Positions 39,200 to 52,794 of a DNA stretch of 64,000 bases are shown here, piece by piece. A program made the translations under genes and the position numbers. Position 1 is the stretch's first letter. Every line of letters starts with the position of its first letter. The notes below the pieces were generated by a model. It did no database searches. It was given only the letters and a program-made list of their open reading frames with translations, and was not told the origin of the DNA. The stretch covers positions 867,820-931,819 of the forward strand of contig NMRA01000050.1 in assembly GCA_002633005.1 (NCBI GenBank). Reading direction: 5' to 3'. The DNA is from Phoronis australis. Its lineage: Eukaryota; Animalia; Phoronida.

Positions 39200-40020
39200 G
39201 ACATTCTCAAGTATAGCCATCTTGACCAAGACTTACCCCCCCACTGTACTCAGTACGACCAACACTGATATGAGCTTTCTAATAAAGCTATTGGCGTGGC
39301 CAGGTGAAGTCCCTAATACATCCNNNNNNNNNNNNNNNNNNNNNNNNNNNNNNNNNNNNNNNNNNNNNNNNNNNNNNNNNNNNNNNNNNNNNNNNNNNNN
39401 NNNNNNNNNNNNNNNNNNNNNNNNNNNNNNNNNNNNNNNNNNNNNNNNNNNNNNNNNNNNNNNNNNNNNNNNNNNNNNNNNNNNNNNNNNNNNNNNNNNN
39501 NNNNNNCCCGCCACAATTCATTATACCACCTGCTACATTGTTCTGCTAGTTGAAATCGATTTAAAAGCCCTTTTGTACTTAATTTCGGTCTGAGCAGAGT
39601 GTCGACATGAACTGCGAAGTTAATTGAATCGTTTTTACCGGCTTTGGATGTCTAAGTAAACTGTAGCTGACGATGTTGTCATCGAAGTAATCGCAACGTA
39701 GTGCAGATGCAACACTTGTACACCAGGATTTTTTATGTGATAATTTGGGAACATTGACATGTGCTAATGGACACAAAAACCTATTTCTAATTCGATTAGT
39801 GACTTTTCGAGCAAAATATGAGCAGCTTTTAGCGACGACATTATCCTGTAATTGCCGATGATAGCAGTGGCCCGACAATAACTTCTTCGATGTATCCGAA
39901 GTTGATCATTCATACCACAGTCCAACACAGCATCGATGCTCCGCTTGTCTACTGTGAAGTCAACTGGCACAGTTAACTTCGATTCAGGACCGAAGTTAAC
40001 CATCCATACTGACTGCAACT
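39200..40020 (-). pseudogene. Possible decayed transposase of the 27725-43961 element (Mutator-like-domain/Kolobok type)
   Basis: Fragments GNYRIM, LRCDY, AGKNDSINFAVHV, STSRTM*Q and HISVGRTEYSG followed by a GTAAGT donor. Heavily frameshifted and broken by a gap, so weak. Confidence 0.4.
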
Positions 40021-40138
40021 CCCCAAAACATCACCATGTCGACGTTAGAATGAAAGGGCCTTACCAGTTTTAATTACATGTTAAAACACTAACATGGTGT
40101 AACTAGTCCGGGTCAGCGTGAATCAGTACTACTACTAG

Positions 40139-43100
40139 TAGTCGGTGGGCCAGATCTCATAGCGTTCACCCTTGTGCGTACTTTGGGGGGCAACCTAGTT
40201 TTTTCTATGTGGCTAGATAATATACCCATAAATCAAATTCCAAAAAGTTCCCACGTCTACACTTGCACATTTTTTAAAAAAAGGTGTTTTTGTTGCATAA
40301 AATATGATGCACATTCCTGCCACTTGATGGCGCATTTCTATGGAATTGACCAATCAGAGAGCCAGATTGTATTGTTGTGCTTAGTTACTTCAATATGGCT
40401 GCTCCCATGGAGTGTGATGCCTGTATAATTCAAGGTTTTTCAAACAGCACAAAATTGTGATGTCAGAGCCTAAAGAAGCTTAGGAAAGCTTCCTGACGAA
40501 AGCTGATTGACTGTGGAACTCTGTAGATCAGTAGATCAAAAAGAAGAAGAGGTGTCACAAACGTTTGTGCAGAAAACAGCTGCATGTCCTGGTAGCCTAC
40601 ACAGTATACTGCTGAGTGCTGTAGACTAGAAGACCAAGTGTCAGACCAAAAAATTGAAAGGACATAGAACGGCATAGCAACGTTTCAAGGCACCAACAGT
40701 AGTACTAAAGCTGAAGTTGCTGAAAGTGATACAGATGTTATCCAAGATTTCCCAAGAAAATCAATTACTTCCAAAATCTGAAACACCCAATTAACCTGAA
40801 CAAGATAGGAACATTCTGAAACATGAGTGCATCATTTGTTAGCAGGAAAAGTACATTATGGGCCACATTTCAAGAAAGAGAAAGAAGTATAGCTTTCAAA
40901 AACAGGTACGTGTTTTTTAAAAATACATCTTGGTGTTTTCCATGTGTGTTTCAGTATTATCACCAGTTGTTTTTTAACTTGTTCAGCCCCTTGGCTGCCT
41001 AGGCCTTAGACAATACTGCTGACCCAGTAGAGACGATGATCATACCATAGGTACTTCATATGCCGGATACTTTTCGGCAAATTATGTTCCTATAAGTTTA
41101 GAAGTACCGCGTAGAGAGATGCCTCTGAGGAGGTCGTTAATGTTTTCATTTGTTCCCAGTTTAAACAAATACTCCTGCAATCCTGTTTTTCGAACACTCC
41201 ATTCAGTTGCCACATCGACACTGCTTGCGCTAAGGGATAATCCTATGGCGTTATACTGTGGGTGTGATTTTAAAGCACTTTAAGTCAAAAATTTTTGAGA
41301 AGGTTAAATGGAGTAGATGGTTGCAAACAACATGCCCAAGTGGCCGTCATCCCCTGCCGTAGTCTCAATTTTTTGTAAACATTAATTACTTAGGTAGCTG
41401 CAATGATAATTAAATTAAAGTGCCTAAGTGGCCATCGTCGCCGTCGAAATTTGAGGACGATGGAAGCCACTGTCCATTTCGTCAAACGTCGATTACCTTA
41501 AGTGTAAATCGATTGACTATGGTTTGAGCATCTGATTTAAAAAAATTAAATTTCAATCACTGCACTGGTATATCAGCTGATTTATTTTCAGTTGCATCAA
41601 CTGATCTAATTATTAGACGATCAACATTATTAGGCTACAGATCAGACGGCATGTAAATTTGTTAGGCTGGTGGTGGATCAGTTCCTGATAAGTCCGTCTG
41701 AAAAAGTTGCATGCCAACTCACTCATAGTTGAATGTTAAATTAGTGTTAACAGTTCGGGTTTTTTTCAGTTGGACTTGTATCGCAAGCAACAGCTCAGTC
41801 CAGAGCCCTGAATATGCAAATGAAATTCAAAGATAAAGACCTTGTGTCTTAGAAGCCAAGTACCACAGATCATCATGCTATAAAAAATAGAAAGACAACG
41901 ATTGTGAAGAGTGACGAATTCACAGTTTTCAGAGATGTTTTTCTGCAGTTTTGTTTGGAGTTCATTGAATCGAAGCTTCTAACACAAGGAGATGTCATTT
42001 GCCTTTCAAAACTAAAGCAAGACTTTGAAGCTGTTCTTCAGAAAGCTGGTGTGCATGAAGTTATTTGGACAGGCAATCTTAAGAAATATTGTTGAAGCTA
42101 CTCACTGTTGTAGTTTGTGCCCGACTAAGAGATACGAAAGTGAATTGAGGCTAGTGTTCAATAATTCACTTGCTGACTCTAATTAACACAGCCCATTATA
42201 ACATATTTTGAATCAAACGTTTGCCCAAATAGTGCCCGCCTCCAAACAAGGACTTAGTGTTTGACCCTTCATTGCCTGCGGGCTAATCACCAGTGTGCAG
42301 TGCTGTACCCTCTCTAATCGACCATAGTTGGTTCCTTGGCGGTGGAGCTTTGCAGTTAATATGTATGGCAATGACCGCATCTCCATTGACAGTACTAAAC
42401 GATGAACGCTGCAAGTGCAAAAAGAACATGTGTGCTGGGAAACTGAGTTTGTGCTGCAATGCTGGGTCAAACTGTACAGAAATGTGCAGCTGTGACAACT
42501 GTAGTAACATCAGCAACACTGACTGCATAACATTGGATAGTTCTTTGACAAGTCAACCCTAAATAGACCTCCAACCCCGTTATTTCCTTTTTTGTATTAA
42601 AAAGTTAATTTTATTTGTTGATTAAGTCATAGAAAGTACATACTTTGATCATTGTCATGTATTTGTCTCATACTGCTTGATAAACGCTGTCAGAATAATC
42701 TATTATTTTCATACAGTCTTTGTGCACATTCACAGAGATCATTCAACTACCGGTATATTGTTTTTGTACTATAACGTATTTCTGGTGTATTATGCAAACA
42801 AGCTGTATTTTACACCATTAGTCAATGTTTTAGTCATTGAGGCACAAATTTTGCCCAGTCTCAAGTGTTTTGTGTTATTTTTGTTGCCTGACAATGCCAG
42901 AATAACTTCCTAGTAACATTCAGACTTAGTTTGCATTTTTGCCACTAGGTGTCTCTTTACGTTTTTTAAATTTCACTGTTTACAATTAATTTACAATAGT
43001 AAAACGTGTAATGTGAGTGTAATATTGTTCAATACAATGGCACTGATGGGACCATATTACTTGTTTTACAAAAAAGTCACCAAAACTGTTGTTTTTACAA

Positions 43101-43305
43101 ATATAAGTTTACTAAGCTCTTTGGTGATTATTATGTAACTTCAAACTCAAATTTCTCAAAAATGTGCAACTTTATATGTGGGAACTTTTTAGATTTTGAA
43201 AACACTCTAATCAATGAATTAAAAAACACCAAAATAAAATTGCCCCCCTAAAGTACTCACAAAAACCATTTTCTAGAGGCCCTACAAAATCTGGCCCACC
43301 GACTA
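40139..43305 (+). mobile_element. Academ-like non-autonomous DNA transposon, copy 2 (3167 bp)
   Basis: Same TIRs with 3-bp TSD TAG. ORF remnants at 41836-42095 and CXC ORF 42293-42562 (CKCKKNMC..CCNAGSNCTEMCSCDNCSN). Confidence 0.8.
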
Positions 43306-45099
43306 TAGTACTACTAGTAGTGTTAGAACAAAAACTGAACAGCTGATCGAATTGAGGCTCTTCAAAATGATTCGGGTCCGATGTATGCTGACTGAGATCA
43401 GTCACCCATCAGTGAATGCTCTAACCGTGTCATTGGACATTTCACAAACAGCACACTTACTGACTTATACTTGTCCATCGAAAGCCTGGTATTGTTCATT
43501 GGTTGTAATGTAAAACCTTCACGAGTTCGAACATTCAGTCTTGTCCTCATTGTTTCTCACCTATCGAACGAGTCGCTTACAGGTACACGGTTTGTTGGTA
43601 ATGCCGCTTTTTGTACTGGCTAACACGTCTTTTTCTTAATCCCGTAGAGCAGGACGACTGCGTTTCGCCTTCGGACGTACACTACATAGACCTACTAGTC
43701 TCCGCCATTTGTTTTGTATAAATTCTGTTGACCTCTAGATCTGTGGCTGCGCATGCGTTGTTGTAATGTTTATAATCTGTTTAGAATCCCGGATACCAAA
43801 TTCTTTGTAAACATTTCATTCGTTTGTAGTATTTACGATTTTTTTCAAAATTTTTGCACAAGTTGAAAGTTAATAACTTTTTGAACTCCACGTCACATAA
43901 AAAAACTGGCTTAAACGGCGTCAAGAGGTTTTTTTTCTTCTATAACTCGGACCATAGGCCTTTAAGGAAGGAAATTGTCTATGATCAATGTTGCTTACTT
44001 ACCAATTGATATTTTAATTTCATGGCTTTTGTGAACATGGGGGTACGTAGACTACAAAACGGGGTTCGTACACTACATCACTGTTTCTGCGTCGCATTAT
44101 AACATAATGTTGTATGACCATTTATTTTTCTTTGATGATAATTAGCACCATGTTGTTATTTAAAAGGCAATAATTTCAATTTCATTTGCAATTACCATTT
44201 GTGTTACTGAATTCCACATGGGGGTACGTACACTACATTTTGTTAGCCTTTTTGGCCCATTTTCAATATTGCAGAACCCAGTCGATATCCCAACTTTTGG
44301 TTTGTTTAGATATTGAATCAATATCTGTTGTGTTCCCTAGGCTAACATATTCTGCAGTTCTTTTTATTACATAGTATCAACTTTAGTTTTTAACCTTCTT
44401 TACAGTAGGTGAGGGTTAAAATCAAATAATTTACAAATTTCGTAACGAGTGCCTGTTTTATGATGAACCCTACCATTTCTCAATGATTAGGCACAACTTC
44501 ATCTATTATAAGTGATTCTGAAAGTGACTCAAGTTATTCCCAGTCATATTAGTCATATTGCTTACTTAATAAAATATTTTTTTTTCCACTGTTGACAGTT
44601 GAAAATTGTAATTTTTAAAATGGCCACTCGTAACGCTAAAAATGCATGAAATTCATAGACAAAAACATGCATAAATTTCTCAAACATTGCACAACTAAAT
44701 AACTCTTTGTATATGAGATTCAGTTGTCATTTGGTAGGTGACCAAAATAATTTATATTAGACCGTAACACAGTCAACTCTCGAATACGGACCTTGATTGT
44801 GAATTAGCCATTAATCGAATTAGTGTTAATCATTTTTTACTTATTTGTTCTACTTTAATACGAACTCCAAATTAGTGTCAGTTACCCGCAAAAACTGCAC
44901 ACTAAGCGAAACGGCTACTCCAAATTCAAAAGAAAATTGCTAGTGCTATGGATTACACGGTGTCGAACGAATTTATAAGCCCGTCAATTTTTAATCATTC
45001 GTAAATTTAACAGCTGAGCACAATTATGGGCTTTCCGTCACACACTATTCATCAGTTAGCCAAGTATTTATAAAACTCATTTTTTCAAATTTTCTTTAA

Positions 45100-48000
45100 G
45101 GTTATCTCAAACCTTATTCACAAAAATGGCCATTTTTACAATATTACACGTGTATAGTGAATTACCTTATCTTCATTCTTGGAGAACTTCAAATACAAAA
45201 TATATACTGCGTAGCTAGAAAAATAGAAATATTTAACTGAACCACCTTGGAACCGCACAATGGCGTGGATATTTGTTAACTACTTATCCGAGCTCAAAGG
45301 TTAACTGAGGGCTTTCAATCAAATCGAATCTCCAGATACAGAACAGCTTCGTATACCCTCAGTCCCTTCATTCGCAAAATCGCTATAACATTGAGTCAAC
45401 GAAATGTACTTATAGAATGGTGACGGTGGAACCGTTTTGTCTACATACATACCGCAAGTTGGCGTCAAGAACGAATGCTACGGTCGCCTCAGGCCTCTGT
45501 GGTCTTGAAAACAGGAAGTTGTGAAAAGAGGTAAATCCTCACCCTAATTCCTTCATGCAATTGATAAACTGACAGTTCAATGTTTCGCTCTCATGCTAAC
45601 GACATCAGTGCTTTAACCACCGATTCGATTTTTGTTATCCATTTCTTACTTGGTTTCGTGTGAGTCTCCCAGCACGTGACGTTTACAGGCCATGTGTATA
45701 ACAATGAACTGTGACCTATTTACATAAAAGTAGGTCAAGTAGGTCGCAAAAAACAATAAGAGGTAGCTGGGAACGGTACGACTAGTTATTAGCGGAGTTG
45801 CAACCGAATCGATTTAACGATTGCGCATGTCCGGAAATTAGGGAGCGCAAAGGCTACTGGGATTGTTGATGGTAAACGGGATGGCCGACTGGTTTGCACG
45901 ACGTGTAATTTGTGTGCATTAAACTACGCTGCTGTATGTAATTCTGCCGCTATTCGCCCTAATTAGCGCCCATGGCTCAACAAGTGCCCCAACGCATTTT
46001 CAGATTTTGCTAAAGTAAGCGCCCAGCCCATGAACTACATGCGAAAAATGCCCTTACCTACAGTTCTAACGTCTCCAATTTATCAATTGAAAGATCCGAC
46101 AGCCTGAATTTGTAACGGACCACGAGCCTCACCGTTATGTCCGTATACCTTCAAACTTATGCCGCGATTCAAAAAGAACGCAGAAGTTTTGCTGCTCTTG
46201 CGAGGGATGTGCCCCACTACGTGGGTCTGGACTTTGAAAACAGACACAGCGTACTTGTCAAAGAGCGGGATTGCATTGTTTCTTTCCAGTACAGATCTTC
46301 TCCGGCCTCAAACTTCTTTGTGCATGTGAAAACCGTGAATAGAAGACTAATAAAAAAAACTCGACCAGTGTTAGCACGCGACCAAGAAGCGTGCGCTGCA
46401 TAATGTACCGACTGTCATCGAAGATTAATCGGGTAACATAGCATCGGCAAATAAATATTGGCACTAATTTCCGAAAGTTTCCAATACCGTAAAAAGCTTC
46501 TGCATTATTTTTAAGAGAAATTATTTAACTAATCATAATTGGTGTTTTTAAGGTCAAAATGACCCACTTCGCACCCTTACACCCCAAATCTTCCGGGAAA
46601 TAGCTGTTACACTACGGTCACGCATCCACTCACCCGGCGACTCAATGAGTGACATGTCGGTCTTACCGAAAAAATTCTCGAACGTTTTTAGCAGATGAGG
46701 CCAGCAAGTGCTAAGCCGTAAATATTAAAACACGCTCTGCTTGACTGCTTGACTTATTTTTTTTTTGGATACAATGCACACCTAGATCATTACATTACTC
46801 TGGCAAATGAACTCTGACGACAAGCACACGCACGCTTACTCTCACACACACGCATACAAACTTCAAAACAAACGTCACGTGACAACAACATGTGTTCCCA
46901 CAGAGATTTTTCTCGGGTTGCGTGCTACAATCTAGCGTAGATTTGGACTTAATCTGCAGTTAATCCAGACTTCACAAGAACTTAAAAATCTTAGAGACGC
47001 TATTTGGAAAACTTGAGGAGGATTTCAGGTAATTTGTTGAGTCAAAGCTGTATTCTTATTTAAGAATTCAAGCCCTATCGACGATTGCGAGACCAGCAGC
47101 TACGCATTTGTCGGCAAGATTTCGCCCTGGAACTTCAACAAAATTTTATGAAAAATGATCGTAATTTAACAACGAATTTTGATACCAATGTACCACAATT
47201 TTGTAGAAAGTAAATAATAATAATCTGCACGCTTTATCTTAGCGCGTAATGCATATAGTGTGCATACGTTAAGTGAGTCGACCCAGAACAGGTGATTGTG
47301 CAGAGGCATTATCATCAAAATTGCTCATGTTGGCTTGGTTCTGGTCAAGCGAAACCAAGTTTTTTTTTCACTACCAACCGCCGTGGAGTATTTAATTGTT
47401 ACTGTTTCTTTGAAGGGAGATATTGTTGGGCAGTTTCTAAGATACGTTTTCTTGCCGCCCTCAAAATGAGCGCTGCACACTTTATGCTACGAAGTCAGAA
47501 AGAATTCACGAAGTCGGCCTTTGCTACCAGCTCTACCGATGTCTCTGACCCATGTTTAACGGAGTTCTTGATCCTTGGGAAACAGGTAGTAACTAAATTT
47601 TTTATTTCGCTAGCTGGTATTATAGCATGCCAGGCACACAACACGTATAGCCTCCCTGTGGCCGGTTCGCCCCCACGCTTGCCGACGTACTTGTTTACCG
47701 GCTTAACCACAATGCAACATTCTGACCCATTTCCAATATGGCGGCGTTGCAACTCCGCTAATAGCGAAATCGCAGTTGACATTGCGAGTGAATGTTGAAA
47801 TAGCCAACATATTTAAGGATTATATAGGTTACGTGTACCGAAAACAAGTTTCCATCGAACAATTAACCCCAGACTTTGAGATTTTCACTCCTCCACTCCC
47901 AGTTCAAACAGGTTTTTCTGGGCTACGGCAAATCGACTTTATTTGAACATAGGAACACGAGTTCTCGAAAACGGCTCGCTGGATTTCGGTGAAACTTTCA

Positions 48001-48462
48001 AAATTTAGTATTTAGTCATCATTCTCAAAAATGATGTTAGGATTTTCGATATAAAGGCCTATTTTTGCGTAATGTAACAAAGACGAGTACGACTTATGTC
48101 TTTTTACAAAATTACCTTAGTTTACGTTTTGCGAGTTGATTTGTCATAGAAACCAAACGAAAAGACTAATCGAAAATTCCTAAGAGCGTTTTTGAGGTAG
48201 CTGGTGAATTTTTCATTTAAAAAAGTTTCATTAAAATCGACCGACGGGTTATTTTGCCATGAATGTACCTTTCTTACAAATAAAATTTTGACTTAAGAAG
48301 GCTTTTACGTAAAAATAATAATGGTACATTAATACAGAAAGTATTTTCATATTCCGTATTTTTTCTTTTAGAAAATATGTATTTATTTCTAGTTGACAAA
48401 ACTTAGTTTTTTTGATATACGAGTTAGAATAGAGGCCACTAAATATAAGGTTGGAGATAACC
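45100..48462. mobile_element. TTAA-flanked Kolobok-like element (3.36 kb) with unidentified convergent ORF relics
   Basis: TTAA at 45096-45099 and 48463-48466. TIR GGTTATCTCAAACCTTAT / ATAAGGTTGGAGATAACC (17/18). Confidence 0.75.
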
Positions 48463-48699
48463 TTAACCAAAGCCCTACTAATTCCTGGCTTCGATGAAAG
48501 TAAGGTACGTGATTTAAATATCGGATATGTTTGTCGCGGTATTGTTTTTTAAATTTTTTTCTTACTTTAAGATATTCACGTAATGTTCTCCTCTTGCCCT
48601 AAAATTCCGCGAGAGGTTGAGTCTCTAAAGAATTTATCATACGTTGCGCAGCTGGCCACGGAACCCACTGGATCAGGTAACCTATCATATCAATTAATG

Positions 48700-49720
48700 G
48701 GACAATGGAAAAAATGGCGGTGTATTTATCAATTAGTTCACAGTTAACTGTTGATATACTCTATTTTATGAATAAATACTAATTCGGCTGAGCAGTTCCA
48801 GCATCACAGGGTGGTCGCCTGCCAGTATCATGCCTGCGGCACGGCATTTCCGGTGTGCCCCGAAGACAACTCATTGGGACCATCTCGGTAAGCTCAAGAG
48901 ACCAAACTCCTGAAACTTTCAGCTCAGAACTGAAAGTCTACATCACCCAGTGATAAAATATACTGAGTTACCAAATGTTATTTCGAAAACAGCTTTCCAC
49001 CTAAACACAAATTGCAGTGTTTTGAACAGTTAATGGCACCCTTTGGCTTTGACGAATGCAGCAATGAATGCCTATTGCTCACGTGATAGGGTTACTCAAT
49101 AGTCAATGTGCTATACCCCAATTGTCGAGACAAATGACGTGGCATGTGCAACGAAGTCTGTTCCACGTCCGCCATTTTGACGGAGAACTTCGATAGTGGT
49201 AAGCATTATGAATGGTCATATTCATTACACAAAGCAAGATATGGACATTTTAGTCTCAGACTGAAAAACAACATTTGATAGTTCTGCTTCCTTACGTCAA
49301 GCTGTTTATTTTCTGGTTTAGTGTGGTATTTTTCATTTCAAGGGATGAACCGGCTCACTTCCGCCATTTTTGTTCCTCATAATCATTTGGGCGGTTTCTG
49401 TAAAATCAGTTTTGCTCATCATTCGCGACGCTATAGATTTTGTATTTGAATTCTGTTTAAGTGTCGTTTGTATAGTATGTGATATGAATTAAACCCATTA
49501 TGCCTGTTAAAGTCACTCAAACTCGCATTGTGGTTGAGTCATTCACTCCGATCTCAGTTGCACTTCATTGCAGTTGAAATTAAATCATTGACTGCGTTCT
49601 GCTTTCACTGGATTTTGAATTTTGGTAGCAGAGGTACTTCGTCAATCGTTATAGAAAATGTAGCCAACACACCAGCTTTCTCCAAATACGCTGTTGTGCC
49701 CGAGAAGTCAGGAGGTAAGT
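48700..49720 (+). promoter_or_regulatory. Candidate ARF promoter and non-coding 5' exon(s)
   Basis: YY1-like CCGCCATTTT at ~49169 and ~49361 and AAAATGGCGG at ~48711. Splice donors GTAAGC (49199) and GTAAGT (49715) upstream of the acceptor at 50976. Confidence 0.45.
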
Positions 49721-50255
49721 TTGGAACATTGTTTCTTAGTCACGTTAGCTGTCTTTAGTAGTCATGTTTTGTATCTAACATCGCCTCACAATGTTTGGCT
49801 GGTGGTGCACCACCCTGCTTGCTATATTGTCGCAAATGGAAGGAATTTAGAACTAACCCATGTGTTTTGAAATTAGTGGAATGCATGAATATAGCACCAT
49901 ATAAATCCCGAAGGTGAAAACCTGTGACTAATTTGGTAGTTGTGTGAGAGTTGGATGCTGAAACTGTTAGTAATGAATTACCATCTTCGTGGAACTTCTG
50001 TGGGGAGTTGTTACTGAATATTGACGAAATGAATTTCAGCATTGCGGAAATGTCGTATCTGGTTGACATTAAGTGGCATATGTGTCAGACGTGTTGTAGT
50101 TAATATTCTAATTCATTGGGCGACAATTGTCACTTTTGCTGGCTCCTCATTTTGAGAACCAGGCAGTCACTGAAAAAGTTCAGGCGTTGAACCCCAAGGT
50201 CAGGGACCATCAACTGTGATGATTGCCCAGTGGTCTGCAGTGTTATGAACCCCAT

Positions 50256-50426
50256 TGGGCAATGACCATCGCCTCTGTTGGCCCGAACCAGAGGCATTTA
50301 TAACAACGTGACTGATGGTTTAGTCGGTGCGAGGCATAATTGGCCGAAAAGCTTCCGGCGTACAGAGCGCCTATAGGAGCTGCATCACCTCTGGTTCGGG
50401 CCAACAGGGGCGATGGTGATTGCCTA
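50256..50426. mobile_element. 171-bp MITE with ~40-bp TIRs and 9-bp TSD
   Basis: TGGGCAATGACCATCGCCTCTGTTGGCCCGAACCAGAGG is the inverse of CCTCTGGTTCGGGCCAACAGGGGCGATGGTGATTGCCTA. GAACCCCAT at 50247-50255 and 50427-50435. Confidence 0.85.
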
Positions 50427-50983
50427 GAACCCCATGTGCTGTTAAGTGGCTGTTGTTAAAGTTATGGAGGAGCCTAGTTTTGTGTTGGCAGGTTGGGCCT
50501 AAATCAGTGCCTTCAATTTTAAACTAATCGCTTTCAACCACTTGATGCAGTTGGACAAAGTGGGACTTACTTCTGTTACAGGAATACCATGAGGGATGTG
50601 ATTGTGATTGTGAATACTGATACAACTGTATTTGAATGCACTCTTAAGTGTGATTGTTGCTGAATGACTCACTAGAAATGGAGGTTGTGGACCAGGCTGT
50701 TTTGTTTAAAATAACTCTGCACTGCAATGGTGAAATTCATTTCTAAAACCATTTACAGCACCAACAAAAATTTCAAATATCCGTCACCTCAATAGTTATG
50801 AAGGTCATTGTTGGATTAGGAGCAGCACCCTTTTGTAGGCAACCTATGATATGTTAGTTATAATGTTTCAAATATTTATTGGCACATCCTAGATTGTGTC
50901 GGGATGTTCATGGCTGACTGTCAAAACATTTGCCTTAAATGTCCTTCAATATGTTTTAATTTGTTTTAATTTTCAGTTTTTGA

Positions 50984-51193
<210 letters not shown>

Positions 51194-52306
51194 TAGAATT
51201 GATTAGTCGGTACACAGCAGGTACAGATAGACCATGCTCTCCCCAGTGATGTGAATCATGCCTTGTGTTTGTTGAGTCTTCCTTCAGTTTCTTGGTTATG
51301 TTTTTGGAATTGTCAGTACACTAGTATCCATTGTTGTCTCAAACAATGGAAGGGCATGGTATTTTATCCATGGGATGTGCTCACAGTAACACTACCTGAA
51401 ATTCTTTTTTAGTTAATTATTTAAAATTTCTGCCAAGCTCTATTTAACCTTTGACATCTGTTATTGTCAATATCAGTTTGCTTCACTGAGTCAATCACAT
51501 GATGGAAAAATTCCAACTGGTTGGTAACCATAACCGTACATCCGCTAGGGTGGACTACTTTAAGTTCTCAAAATATATTAGGACAAATTTTGTCAACTCC
51601 ATTGGCATGTCTAATGTAGATGGACTCCTCGCCACTATTATTTGGAATGTAAGTTGCCGCGATTTTGACGAAGTGCGCGAACCAACACCTGTCGAGTTTT
51701 GTCGACATTTAGTCGGAATTAAAGCTACTCCTAAGCAAATGAATATTTAGTGGCAGTTTTGTTCATTTTGAAAACTGCTGTGCTTGTCTCAAAATTGCAT
51801 CTTAATATGTGGACGATTTTTTTACCAGTGTCGCACTTGAACAAAAATCGAGGAAAATAAAAATTAAATAGAAATAGTTATAAAATGTGCCATTACTCTA
51901 CAAAAGCGTAACACACTAGTGACTTGTTTGTGTTTTATTCTAACTGGATAATAAGGATTGGTTTTATACTCTATTGTTATTTTATTTTTGCCTATTCAGT
52001 GTCAACCAGTTGTTTTTATTCATCAGAATTTTGCAAAATGTTGAGTGTTCTCCATAACGTGTTACGAGAGGTCACTGCATGGTTGTAAACACGGCGTGTT
52101 TGAGTGTGAAGAACACTGAAGTCATTAAACAATTTTCTGTCTTCGTGCATTTAAGGGAGAAAGAAACCATTTTTTATGTTCAATGAAATCACACATGTTT
52201 AGATGCCTTGGAGACATTATCCTTCTCCAGGTATATCGTTACTATGCATGAAATGGTGGAAAATGGTGTAAACAGCCTAGCAAAAGGTAAAATAACTAAA
52301 GTTTGA

Positions 52307-52438
<132 letters not shown>

Positions 52439-52662
52439 TAATAGGGCTGTGATNAAGCAAATGAATATTTAGTGGCAGTTTTGTTCAATTTTCTGTCTTC
52501 GTGCATTTAAGGGAGAAAGAAACCATTTTTTATGTTCAGTGAAATCACACATGTTTAGATGCCTTGGAGACATTATCCTTCTCCAGGTATATCGTTACTA
52601 TGCATGAAATGGTGGAAAATGGTGTAAACAGCCTAGCAAAAGGTAAAATAACTAAAGTTTGA

Positions 52663-52794
<132 letters not shown>

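Larger units (their letters stand above)
27725..43961 (-). mobile_element. Large Kolobok-like DNA transposon with nested insertions
   Basis: TTAA at 27721-27724 and 43962-43965. TIRs AGTCATATGATCCG / CGGACCATAGGCCT. Removing it restores the host repeat unit (..CTTAACATGTTTAA|GGAAGGAAATTGTCT.. matching 22768-22800). Confidence 0.82.
19505..44801. mobile_element. Host DNA transposon with CACAATC termini (CMC/Transib/Chapaev-like), ~2.3 kb after removing nested insertions
   Basis: TIR CACAATCAAGGTCCATATTCG (19505) vs CGAATACGGACCTTGATTGTG (44781-44801), 20/21 match. The GGGTACGTACACTACA motif recurs in all four host fragments (~19680, 20050, 22520-22710, 27450-27650, 44040-44235). No clear TSD. 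Confidence 0.7.

Noticed and set aside
42293-42562. Metallothionein or host tesmin-like gene (also 30056-30325)
   Set aside because: The Cys cluster lies inside a TIR/TSD-bounded repeat downstream of other transposase relics and fits the Academ transposase C-terminus.
29313-43305. One composite transposon with 3.2-kb TIRs
   Set aside because: Each arm has its own TIR pair and its own TSD (TAA, TAG), and the outer flanks differ, indicating two separate insertions.
27725-43961. KolobokP-type long terminal direct repeats
   Set aside because: The first and last few hundred bases show no direct similarity, only short TIRs.
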